Part shown: one piece after another, positions 7,562 to 15,331 of the stretch | How the letters are laid out: every line of letters begins with the position of its first letter | Numbering within the stretch: the stretch's first letter is position 1 | Origin: an uncultured Chloroflexia bacterium | GTDB lineage: Bacteria > Chloroflexota > Anaerolineae > Anaerolineales > Anaerolineaceae | Length of the DNA: 32,000 bases | Assembly: GCA_963704755.1 (NCBI GenBank) | Contig: OY969938.1 | Span: 4,440,001 to 4,472,000 of the forward strand | Reading direction: 5' to 3' | Position numbers and translations under genes: made by a program | Notes under the pieces: generated by a model | Database searches by the model: none | The model's input: the letters and a program-made list of their open reading frames with translations, nothing else | Told to the model about the DNA's origin: nothing

Positions 7562-8221
7562 ATGGACGAAGAGCGTTTGATTATTTTACGACGAATTGAG
7601 TTGGGTGATATTTCGGTCGCGGATGGTATGAAGATCCTGGACGCGATCGAAGGCCGGGCTTATGCCAACGAAACGACCGGGCCGCAAGCGGATGAAACTG
7701 GCGGCCAGGACGATCCGGCGGGTGAACCGCTCGATAGCCCGTCCGTCGAGGTGCTCAAGAGTGACCGGCCGGCGGACCGGGTTGATATGCGCGACCCTCG
7801 TTGGAAAGCCTGGTCGTGGATCACATTTGGTATATTTGTTTTACTGACCGCGATGAGCGCGGTGTGGATGGCGCAGGGCTGGATGTTTCACCCCTGGAGT
7901 TGGGGGTTCTGGCTGGCCTGGATTCCGTTCCTGGTGGGTGTGCTGGGGATGATCGCAACCTATAACGCCCGTTGGCTGCATGTGCGTATCCAGCAGGCGC
8001 CTGGCGAACGACCCCAGCGAATTGCCATCAGCCTGCCTTTACCGTTGGGATTGGTCTCGTTTATTTTGCCCTTTGTTTCGCGCTGGGTACCGGCCGAGGT
8101 TAATGGCCAGGACCTGGGTGAACTGATACACGAAATGAATAACAGCCTCTCCGGTCAGGAACCCCTCCACGTTTTGGTGGATGATCAAAATGGCCGAAAG
8201 GTAGAAGTCTATATCGGTTGA
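7562..8221 (+). CDS. Membrane protein with N-terminal SHOCT-like motif, acidic linker and hydrophobic Trp-rich transmembrane region
   Basis: I start the gene at ATG 7562, which has GGAGG at 7552-7556, not the track TTG at 7496. The N-terminus MDEERLIILRRIELGDISVADGMKILDAIEG repeats the C-terminal motif of the upstream gene. Later segments WSWITFGIFVLLTAMSAVWMAQGW and WSWGFWLAWIPFLVGVLGMIATY look like TM helices. Confidence 0.75.
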   Translation: MDEERLIILRRIELGDISVADGMKILDAIEGRAYANETTGPQADETGGQDDPAGEPLDSPSVEVLKSDRPADRVDMRDPRWKAWSWITFGIFVLLTAMSAVWMAQGWMFHPWSWGFWLAWIPFLVGVLGMIATYNARWLHVRIQQAPGERPQRIAISLPLPLGLVSFILPFVSRWVPAEVNGQDLGELIHEMNNSLSGQEPLHVLVDDQNGRKVEVYIG

Positions 8222-8253
8222 TCCGGCCGGAAAACCTGTATAATTGTTAGCCG

Positions 8254-8865
8254 GTGAAACCTATTCGATTGCTTTCATTTGCGGGTTGGATTGTAACGCT
8301 TTCAGGATTGGTCCTGGCAGGGCTGGCTTACTTCCCGGTAGGCAGCACTTCCAGGACTGTTCCATTAAAAACACCCGCACAGGGCGGTTTGACTGACCTG
8401 CCGGAATCCCTGACGATCACCCAATCCTGGAATAAAACACTCCTCATCGGGCAGCCTGGTCAGGTTGACCTGACTCTGGCCCCGGGCCAAACCGGGCAAA
8501 GTACGCCCGCCGATTGGCAAGGCTCCTGGGTGATCGAATCCCGCCTCGAACTGGCTGATTTCGCGATCAACCCGGGAGGGACGGTCAGTGAGGCTTTGCG
8601 GCCCGGCCAGAGCCTGCGTTTTTCCTGGCAGGTCGTTCCATTGTCGAGCTATCCGGCGGCAGGAACGCTGTGGGTCTATGCCGTCCAGGTTGCAGCGGGC
8701 GGCCAGTCGCAGCGCGATGTCTTGCTGGCCAGCCCAATATCGATTCGGGGGATGAGCCTGGGGGGACTCGGCCTGGTCTGGGTGCGCCTGATCGCCTGGG
8801 GGATCGTATTGGCGGGTCTCATCCTGGTGCTTGTTGGCCGTCACAGGCGTGTGCAGCGTACCTGA
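8254..8865 (+). CDS. Hypothetical two-TM membrane protein (N- and C-terminal anchors around an extracytoplasmic domain of about 150 aa)
   Basis: 203-aa ORF with a GTG start and no clear SD, so the start is uncertain. The N-terminal segment LLSFAGWIVTLSGLVLAGLAYF and the C-terminal segment GLGLVWVRLIAWGIVLAGLILVLVG followed by RHRRVQRT look like TM anchors. It lies 32 nt after the previous gene on the same strand. I recognise no family. Confidence 0.55.
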   Translation: MKPIRLLSFAGWIVTLSGLVLAGLAYFPVGSTSRTVPLKTPAQGGLTDLPESLTITQSWNKTLLIGQPGQVDLTLAPGQTGQSTPADWQGSWVIESRLELADFAINPGGTVSEALRPGQSLRFSWQVVPLSSYPAAGTLWVYAVQVAAGGQSQRDVLLASPISIRGMSLGGLGLVWVRLIAWGIVLAGLILVLVGRHRRVQRT

Positions 8866-8909
8866 CCGGACCCGTAAATGGAACGAATGGCCCATGTAAT
8901 AAAGGCCCC

Positions 8910-8958
8910 GAATGAGAGGTTTATACGAGCGTGAAACCCTCGCACACACCTCTCATTC
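8910..8958 (+). terminator. Possible terminator or structured element after the three-gene module
   Basis: GAATGAGAGGT (8910-8920) pairs perfectly with ACCTCTCATTC (8948-8958), an 11-bp stem. The 27-nt loop could form a short inner stem. The hairpin is followed by AGGTTTCTT, which is only a weak U-tract. Confidence 0.3.
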
Positions 8959-9111
8959 AGGTTTCTTACCCTTGGCTGAGCAGGCTCCATATGACAATTG
9001 TCCTAACAACTTAAGCTTCTCAAGTATGGTTCTTGTGATAAAATAATCACCATTGGGTGGGGTAATTATGTCCCGATCCTGATTAGTTTTTAATAGTTTA
9101 GAGGAGAAGTT

Positions 9112-9468
9112 ATGCTAAACACATGGTTGTTTGTTGGTGTGTTTGCGTTGATAGCACTTTTCTTGCCGGCTGTGGCAATAACTTTCGCCGGATTGTTAGC
9201 CCCCAAAAAATCTGATCCAATCAAAGATGCGACCTACGAATGCGGAATGGAAACCGTTGGTTCGTCTTGGATCCAGTTCAAGGTTCAGTACTACGTTTTT
9301 ACCCTGGTTTTCCTGGTGTTCGACGTTGAGACTGTGCTGCTTTTCCCCTGGGCAGCAGCCTATAACCAGTTAACACTTTTTGCCATCGTTGAAGCGGTTG
9401 TTTTTATCTTGATTCTGGCGATCGGTCTGGTTTATGTGTGGCGTAAAGGTGCATTGGAGTGGCGCTAA
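9112..9468 (+). CDS. nuoA: NADH-quinone oxidoreductase subunit A
   Basis: 118 aa with three hydrophobic spans. The motif YECGMETVGSSW and FDVETVLLFPWA match NuoA/ND3. GAGGAG SD upstream. Confidence 0.93.
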   Translation: MLNTWLFVGVFALIALFLPAVAITFAGLLAPKKSDPIKDATYECGMETVGSSWIQFKVQYYVFTLVFLVFDVETVLLFPWAAAYNQLTLFAIVEAVVFILILAIGLVYVWRKGALEWR

Positions 9469-9491
9469 GATAATCGCGTCGGAGGAGTAAT

Positions 9492-10718
9492 ATGGATTTT
9501 ATTCGTGACCCGATTGGGTTAATTGTGGCCTGGTTCCAGGGCTTACTGGCAGCTTCAGGCCTGCCTGCACCGTGGGTGAATATCATTAATTCACTGGTCG
9601 GTGCGGGGATCATCGCCACCGGGGCGATGCTTTTTGTTGTTTTCCTTATCTGGTATGAGCGGAAATTGATCGGTCGTATCCAGGACCGGTTTGGCCCGAA
9701 TCGAGTGGGGCCATGGGGTATTTTTCAGCCAATCGCCGATATGCTGAAGATTTTCACCAAAGAGTACATTACGCCCACCGGTGCTGACAAAATTCCGTAC
9801 AACCTGGCTCCTGTTCTGGCCGTTGCCGCGGTTTTGATGGTCTGGGCAGTTATTCCCTTTTCTCGAACCGTGGTTGGAGCCGACCTGAATGTGGGCATCA
9901 TTTTCATCCTGGCGGTCGGTGCCCTGGGTGAGTTGAGCTTCATCCTGGCCGGTTGGGGATCGAACAACAAATATGCCTTGCTGGGCGCCTTCCGTTCGGT
10001 AGCGCAACTGATATCTTATGAAGTCCCGCTGGTCGTTTCGACGCTAGTGCCGGTTATGTTGGCCGGTACTTTGAGCGCCACCGGCCTGGTCCAGGCACAA
10101 AGTATCTGGTACATTTTCCTGGCGCCGGTACCGGCCCTGGTTTTCCTGATTGCCGGGATTGCCGAAACCGGGCGTGCGCCATTTGACCTGATCGAAGCCG
10201 AATCGGAAATTGTCGCCGGATACAACATCGAATATTCAGGCTTGAAGTTCGGCATGTTCTATGTGGGCGAGTTCTTGCATGCCTTTACATCGGCTTTGGT
10301 TTTCGCGACCATCTTTCTGGGTGGCTGGCGCGGGCCGGGGGCTGAACAAATCCCCATCCTGGGCTTTGTGTACCTGGTGGTCAAGACCTTCATCGTCTAT
10401 TTCTTCACCGTGCTGTTGCGCGGGACCATGCCGCGTTTCCGTATCGACCAGATGATGGACCTGAATTGGAAAGTATTGACCCCTCTTTCTCTGGCGGTGT
10501 TGATGGTCATTGCCCTGGTGGATAAGCTGGTGGCCGGCCAATCCGGTTTCGTCCAACTGGTCGTGCTGTTGATCGCCAATGGGTTGGTCTTTTTCATTGC
10601 AGACCGGATTATGTCTCAATTCAATCGTCAAGGACCGCGGGAGGTCAGTTCACATGACCGGCCGGTGGCCACGGCGAACCCAATTCCTAATTCCACTGAT
10701 TCAGGAGTGCGGCCATGA
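9492..10718 (+). CDS. nuoH: NADH-quinone oxidoreductase subunit H
   Basis: 408 aa. YERKLIGRIQDRFGPNRVGPWGIFQPIADMLK and APFDLIEAESEIVAGYNIEYSG are NuoH/ND1 signatures. GGAGG SD upstream. It starts 23 nt after the nuoA stop. Confidence 0.95.
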   Translation: MDFIRDPIGLIVAWFQGLLAASGLPAPWVNIINSLVGAGIIATGAMLFVVFLIWYERKLIGRIQDRFGPNRVGPWGIFQPIADMLKIFTKEYITPTGADKIPYNLAPVLAVAAVLMVWAVIPFSRTVVGADLNVGIIFILAVGALGELSFILAGWGSNNKYALLGAFRSVAQLISYEVPLVVSTLVPVMLAGTLSATGLVQAQSIWYIFLAPVPALVFLIAGIAETGRAPFDLIEAESEIVAGYNIEYSGLKFGMFYVGEFLHAFTSALVFATIFLGGWRGPGAEQIPILGFVYLVVKTFIVYFFTVLLRGTMPRFRIDQMMDLNWKVLTPLSLAVLMVIALVDKLVAGQSGFVQLVVLLIANGLVFFIADRIMSQFNRQGPREVSSHDRPVATANPIPNSTDSGVRP

Positions 10719-11239
10719 ACGGCCTTGAAATAATTTTTATCGTCGTGGCCGCAGTGACCTTGTTCTCGGCGGTTATGGTAGTTTCGGTACGGAATTTGAT
10801 GCACGCAGCTTTGTGGCTGGTGCTGGCCTTGATGGGTGTGGCAATTATTTTCACAACCCTCCAGGCCAGTTTTTTTGCAGTCACCCAATTGCTGGTTTAT
10901 GTGGGCGCCATCGCGATTTTGATTATCTTTGGCGTGATGTTAACCCGTAAAGTGATGGAAGATACCGGCTCGCAGGTCATCAAAAGTTGGTGGCTGCCTG
11001 CGTTGGTTTCAGCATTGCTGTTTGCACTCATTATGGTATTCGTGAGTTCGTGGAGCGGCTTCCAGACCGCGTTGAATGAATTACCCGCCGGAGCGGACAG
11101 CGTGGTTGATCTCGGTAAGGCCCTGGTTGACCCGGCAGGATACGTGATCCCCTTCGAAGTAGCTTCGGTGTTGCTGCTGGCAGCGCTGGTCGGTTCAATT
11201 TATATTGCAATAGATCGCAAGGAGAAATCATCTTCATGA
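10715..11239 (+). CDS. nuoJ: NADH-quinone oxidoreductase subunit J
   Basis: 174 aa. VRNLMHAALWLVLALMGVAIIF...QLLVYVGAIAILIIFGVML matches the NuoJ/ND6 pattern. ATGA overlap with the nuoH stop. Confidence 0.9.
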   Translation: MNGLEIIFIVVAAVTLFSAVMVVSVRNLMHAALWLVLALMGVAIIFTTLQASFFAVTQLLVYVGAIAILIIFGVMLTRKVMEDTGSQVIKSWWLPALVSALLFALIMVFVSSWSGFQTALNELPAGADSVVDLGKALVDPAGYVIPFEVASVLLLAALVGSIYIAIDRKEKSSS

Positions 11240-11556
11240 TACCGGTCTCTTGGTATTTAGTATTATCTGCCGGTCTATTTTGTATAGGCTTGTTTGGTGT
11301 TCTGGCTCGTAAGAATGCCATTGCTATCCTCATGGGAGTGGAATTGATGCTAAATGCCGTAAACATCAACCTGATCGCATTTTGGCATTACCATACTCAG
11401 CTTGACCAGACAGCGCAAATCAGTGGGCTGGTTTTTACAGCAATCGTGTTTATCGTAGCTGCGGCCGAAGTGGCGATTGGCCTGGCGCTGGTTATTTCGA
11501 CTTACCGCCGTCGCCAAACGGTTGTAGCCGAGGACATGAATATTCTCAACGGTTAA
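11236..11556 (+). CDS. nuoK: NADH-quinone oxidoreductase subunit K
   Basis: 106 aa. LFCIGLFGVLARKNAIAILMGVELMLNAVNINLIAF is the NuoK/ND4L signature, including the membrane Glu. ATGA overlap with nuoJ. Confidence 0.93.
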   Translation: MIPVSWYLVLSAGLFCIGLFGVLARKNAIAILMGVELMLNAVNINLIAFWHYHTQLDQTAQISGLVFTAIVFIVAAAEVAIGLALVISTYRRRQTVVAEDMNILNG

Positions 11557-11577
11557 AGGGGTAGCCAGGGAGGAACT

Positions 11578-13758
11578 ATGAATATTGAAACGTTGATCTG
11601 GCTCATTCCTTTACCGCCAGCATTAGCATTTATTCTTATTGTGCTTTTCACCAATCGTCGTAAAGGATTGAGTCACAGCCTGGCCATCACCGGTGCCGGA
11701 CTTTCCTGGCTGGCAGCCATGATCGTCTTCTTCCGGGCGATCGCAACCAAGGGGCTGAGCGAACATCCCTTCGCCAGCTCGATCCCCTGGCTGCCGACCG
11801 GCTCGACCACACTGAACATCGGTGTCCAGATCGATCCACTTTCGGCCATGGCGATTTTCTTCGTCGCCTGGACCGTGCTGATGATCTTCATATATAGTGT
11901 CGGGTACCACAACTTTGGCCAGCCGGCCGGCGCCCATGACCAACCCGGTCTGCCGCCGGAAGGCGCCGAAATCAAGGATAAAAACGGCAAGCTGATTAAA
12001 GTGCCGTCGGTCGAGCCGATGTACTCGCGCTTTTTTGCCCTGATCAGCCTGTTTGCCTTTGCCATGTACCTGCTGGTGGTCAGCGATAACCTGTTGACCC
12101 TGTATATGGGCTGGGAAATCATGGGCCTGTGCTCTTACCTGCTGATCGGCTTCTGGTACGCCAAGGACTCGGCTCGCAATGCGGCCGTGAAAGCCTTCTT
12201 GACCACCCGTGTAGGGGATGTTTTTATGCTCCTCGGGCTGGCCGCGCTGTACTCCTTGACCGGTACGCTGAACTACCAAAGCATCCTGGGTAATCCGCAA
12301 GTGCTGGCCCAATTGGCCGGTAGCGCTTCACCGGTGGCCGGGCTTTCCTGGGCAGGCCTGATCGGGCTGCTCTTGTTCATCGGTACCATCGGTAAATCGG
12401 CTCAGTTCCCGCTGCACATCTGGCTGCCCGACGCGATGGAAGGGCCTACCCCTGTTTCGGCTATGATCCATGCGGCCACGATGGTTTCGGCCGGTGTGTA
12501 CCTGGTCATTCGCTTCTTCCCGTTGATCTCGGCCGGCTATACCCCGGGCGGCGTGCCCACCGTGCCGATGATGTGGATGGCGTTCATTGGCGCCTTTACT
12601 GCCTTGTTCGCCGCCAGCATTGCGTTGGCGCAGAACGATATCAAACGGGTGCTGGCTTACTCGACCATCTCGCAGTTGGGTTACATGATCGCTGCCCTGG
12701 GGGTGGGAGCGTATGCCGCGGCTGCGTTCCACCTGTTCACCCACGCCTTCTTCAAGGCGCTGCTCTTCCTGGGTTCCGGTTCGGTGATCCACGGCATGGA
12801 GCATGGGGTGATGCACACCGGTGAGCACGTCGACCCGCAGAACATGTTCAATATGGGCGGGTTGGCCAAGAAGATGCCGGTCACGTTCTGGACCTTCCTG
12901 CTGGGCGGCCTGGCCCTGTCCGGGTTCCCGCTGGTCACGGCCGGGTTCTGGTCGAAGGATGCCATCTTTAGCGGCGCTTTCGAAAACGGCCACTGGGTGG
13001 TCTTCGCGACACTTGCCCTGGCGGCCTTGTTCACCGCCTTTTACACTATGCGCCAGATCAGCCTGACCTTCCTGGGTAAACCGCGCAGCCAGGCGGCCGA
13101 ACATGCCAGTGAGTCGAGTAAAGTGATGCTGGCCCCGTTGGTGGTGCTGGCGTTCTTTGCCGTCTGCGCTGGCTGGATTGGTATTCCGAACTCTTTCCCT
13201 GTCTTGGGCGGGTTAGTGCCCGATTGGATCGAGGAATTTGTCGGCAGCATGCAGCCTGCCTTAGCCGAGGGAGCATCGCACAGCCTGATTCCATTGTTCA
13301 CTTCATTGGTTGTGGCGCTGGGCGGCCTGTACCTGGGCTGGCGCATTTACCGCAATGTACGGGGCAAGACGGACCCGCTGCAGGCTCCTCTGGGTGTGGT
13401 TTATCCGGTTCTACGGGATAAATATTACTTCGACGAGTTTTACGCCCGCGTGTTTTACAGGCCTGCCAACTGGCTGGCCGAGACATTCACCTACCTGTGG
13501 CTGGATAAAGGCCTGATCGATGGAATTTTGCACGGGATTGCCCATGCCGGGTTATGGCTGGGCGGTATCGTGCGCAACGCCATCGATTTGCCGATCGTCA
13601 ATGGGACCGGCAACGCGCTGGCAGATGGAACGCGGGGACTGGGGGGCGCCTTACGCAAGCTACAGACCGGGAAAATTCAATTGTATATGTTGATTGCGAT
13701 GGGTTCCGTCACAGTGATTGCCCTGGTTTTCTTGATGGTACTCAATTTTCACGGCTAA
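11578..13758 (+). CDS. nuoL: NADH-quinone oxidoreductase subunit L, unusually long (726 aa)
   Basis: LGWEIMGLCSYLLIGFWY, GKSAQFPLHIWLPDAMEGPTPVSAMIHAATMV and GFWSKDAI are NuoL/ND5 signatures. The C-terminus carries the LRKLQTG lateral-helix / TM16 region. GGGAGG SD upstream. Confidence 0.95.
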   Translation: MNIETLIWLIPLPPALAFILIVLFTNRRKGLSHSLAITGAGLSWLAAMIVFFRAIATKGLSEHPFASSIPWLPTGSTTLNIGVQIDPLSAMAIFFVAWTVLMIFIYSVGYHNFGQPAGAHDQPGLPPEGAEIKDKNGKLIKVPSVEPMYSRFFALISLFAFAMYLLVVSDNLLTLYMGWEIMGLCSYLLIGFWYAKDSARNAAVKAFLTTRVGDVFMLLGLAALYSLTGTLNYQSILGNPQVLAQLAGSASPVAGLSWAGLIGLLLFIGTIGKSAQFPLHIWLPDAMEGPTPVSAMIHAATMVSAGVYLVIRFFPLISAGYTPGGVPTVPMMWMAFIGAFTALFAASIALAQNDIKRVLAYSTISQLGYMIAALGVGAYAAAAFHLFTHAFFKALLFLGSGSVIHGMEHGVMHTGEHVDPQNMFNMGGLAKKMPVTFWTFLLGGLALSGFPLVTAGFWSKDAIFSGAFENGHWVVFATLALAALFTAFYTMRQISLTFLGKPRSQAAEHASESSKVMLAPLVVLAFFAVCAGWIGIPNSFPVLGGLVPDWIEEFVGSMQPALAEGASHSLIPLFTSLVVALGGLYLGWRIYRNVRGKTDPLQAPLGVVYPVLRDKYYFDEFYARVFYRPANWLAETFTYLWLDKGLIDGILHGIAHAGLWLGGIVRNAIDLPIVNGTGNALADGTRGLGGALRKLQTGKIQLYMLIAMGSVTVIALVFLMVLNFHG

Positions 13759-13779
13759 CGGCGGGGAGAAACATAGCAT

Positions 13780-15321
13780 ATGAATTTCATCCTAAATCAT
13801 ATTCTGACGGTAATTCTGTTCGCACCGACCGTTGCCGCCCTGATCTTATTAATTGTTCCGGATAAAGATGCGCGAGTTTTCCGCTGGGGGGCCCTGGCTG
13901 CTTCCCTTATCCCGTTCTTGCTGACCCTGGTGCTGTGGGGTCGCTTCAACCAGACGGTAGATCCGTCAGCGCCGTTCCAGTTTGTCGAGCAGGCTGCCTG
14001 GTACGGGGCTATCAACGCCTCTTACCATGTGGGTATCGATGGTATTTCGCTGACCATGGTACTGTTGACCACCCTGCTCACCCCGCTAGCCCTCCTGGCA
14101 TCCTTCAGCATCAAAGAGCGCGTCAAGCCCTACATGATCCTGTTCCTACTGTTGGAGACGGGTATGCTGGGTGTGTTCATGTCGCTGGACCTGATGCTCT
14201 TCTTCGTCTTTTGGGAAGTTGGGCTGGTGCCCATGTACTTCCTGATTGCCCAGTGGGGCGGCAAAAATCGAAATTACGCTGCGCTCAAGTTCATCCTCTA
14301 TACGATGGGCGGTTCGCTGGGCCTGCTCCTGGCCATCCAGTTGATGGGTGTCTCCGTTGGTACCTTCGACATGGTCGAATTATTCAAGACCTGGCCGACT
14401 TTGACGCAACTGAGCCTGCCGATCGGCCTGTCGGTGCCCACCGTCAAAGCGATTGCCTTCTGGGCCTTTGTGATCGCCTTCGCGATTAAAGTGCCGGTCT
14501 GGCCGTTCCACACCTGGCTGCCGGACGCACATACAGAAGCCCCGACGGCCGGCTCGATGATCCTGGCCGGCGTGATGCTGAAACTGGGCGCGTACGGGTT
14601 CCTGCGACTGGTTTTACCGCTCTTTCCGGAGCAGGCGCAGCACTTTGCCTGGGTGCTGGCCATCCTGGCCGTGGCGGCGATCATCTTCGGCGCGCTGGGC
14701 GCCTGGGCGCAAAACGACTTCAAGCGGCTGGTGGCGTATTCGTCGATCAACCACATGGGTTTTGTAATCCTGGCCGTTGCGGCTGCGGCGGCGGTTTGGA
14801 ATACCTCTTCGGCTTCAGCCATAATGGACCGCAACATCGCCCTGAACGGCGCCGTCTTGCAGATGTTCAACCACGGTATCTCGGCGGCCGGAATGTTCTT
14901 CCTGGTCGGAGTAATCTACGACCAGGCTCACACTCGTGACCTGAACGAGTTTGGCGGGTTGTACGCCATCCTGCCGATCTACGGCACTTTGTTGATCTTT
15001 ACTTCGATGGCTTCATTGGGGCTACCAGGCTTGAATGGGTTTGTCTCTGAGTTCCTGGTTGTGCGGGGTTCCTGGCCTATCATGACTCTGGCTACGGCGC
15101 TCAGTATGATCGGCCTGTTCTTCACCGGCGCGTACATTCTGAAGTCGCTCAAAATGGTCTTGCATGGACCGTTGAACAAACGTTGGGAGGGTCATTTGCG
15201 TGATATGAATGTGCGCGAGCTGATCATCATCGCTCCGTTGGTTGTCTTGATGTTTGCCATTGGGGTATGGCCGGCCTGGATTTTGAATGTCATCAACCAG
15301 GCTGTAGCCTTCCTTTTCTGA
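13780..15321 (+). CDS. nuoM: NADH-quinone oxidoreductase subunit M (canonical copy)
   Basis: 513 aa. GIDGISLTMVLLTTLL, FWEVGLVPMYFLI, AFAIKVPVWPFHTWLPDAHTEAPTAGSMILAGVMLKLGAYG and GFVSEF are NuoM/ND4 signatures, with the TM5 Glu, TM7 Lys, TM8 Lys and TM12 Glu all present. Confidence 0.93.
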   Translation: MNFILNHILTVILFAPTVAALILLIVPDKDARVFRWGALAASLIPFLLTLVLWGRFNQTVDPSAPFQFVEQAAWYGAINASYHVGIDGISLTMVLLTTLLTPLALLASFSIKERVKPYMILFLLLETGMLGVFMSLDLMLFFVFWEVGLVPMYFLIAQWGGKNRNYAALKFILYTMGGSLGLLLAIQLMGVSVGTFDMVELFKTWPTLTQLSLPIGLSVPTVKAIAFWAFVIAFAIKVPVWPFHTWLPDAHTEAPTAGSMILAGVMLKLGAYGFLRLVLPLFPEQAQHFAWVLAILAVAAIIFGALGAWAQNDFKRLVAYSSINHMGFVILAVAAAAAVWNTSSASAIMDRNIALNGAVLQMFNHGISAAGMFFLVGVIYDQAHTRDLNEFGGLYAILPIYGTLLIFTSMASLGLPGLNGFVSEFLVVRGSWPIMTLATALSMIGLFFTGAYILKSLKMVLHGPLNKRWEGHLRDMNVRELIIIAPLVVLMFAIGVWPAWILNVINQAVAFLF

Positions 15322-15331
15322 GAGGTGGAGA

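Noticed and set aside
11623-13104. Long minus-strand ORFs (229 aa and 258 aa) opposite nuoL, and similar ones opposite nuoH, nuoM and nuoN
   Set aside because: These are shadow ORFs typical of GC-rich membrane-protein genes. They translate to His/Arg/Gln/Gly-rich sequences, while the plus-strand genes have clear Nuo signatures.
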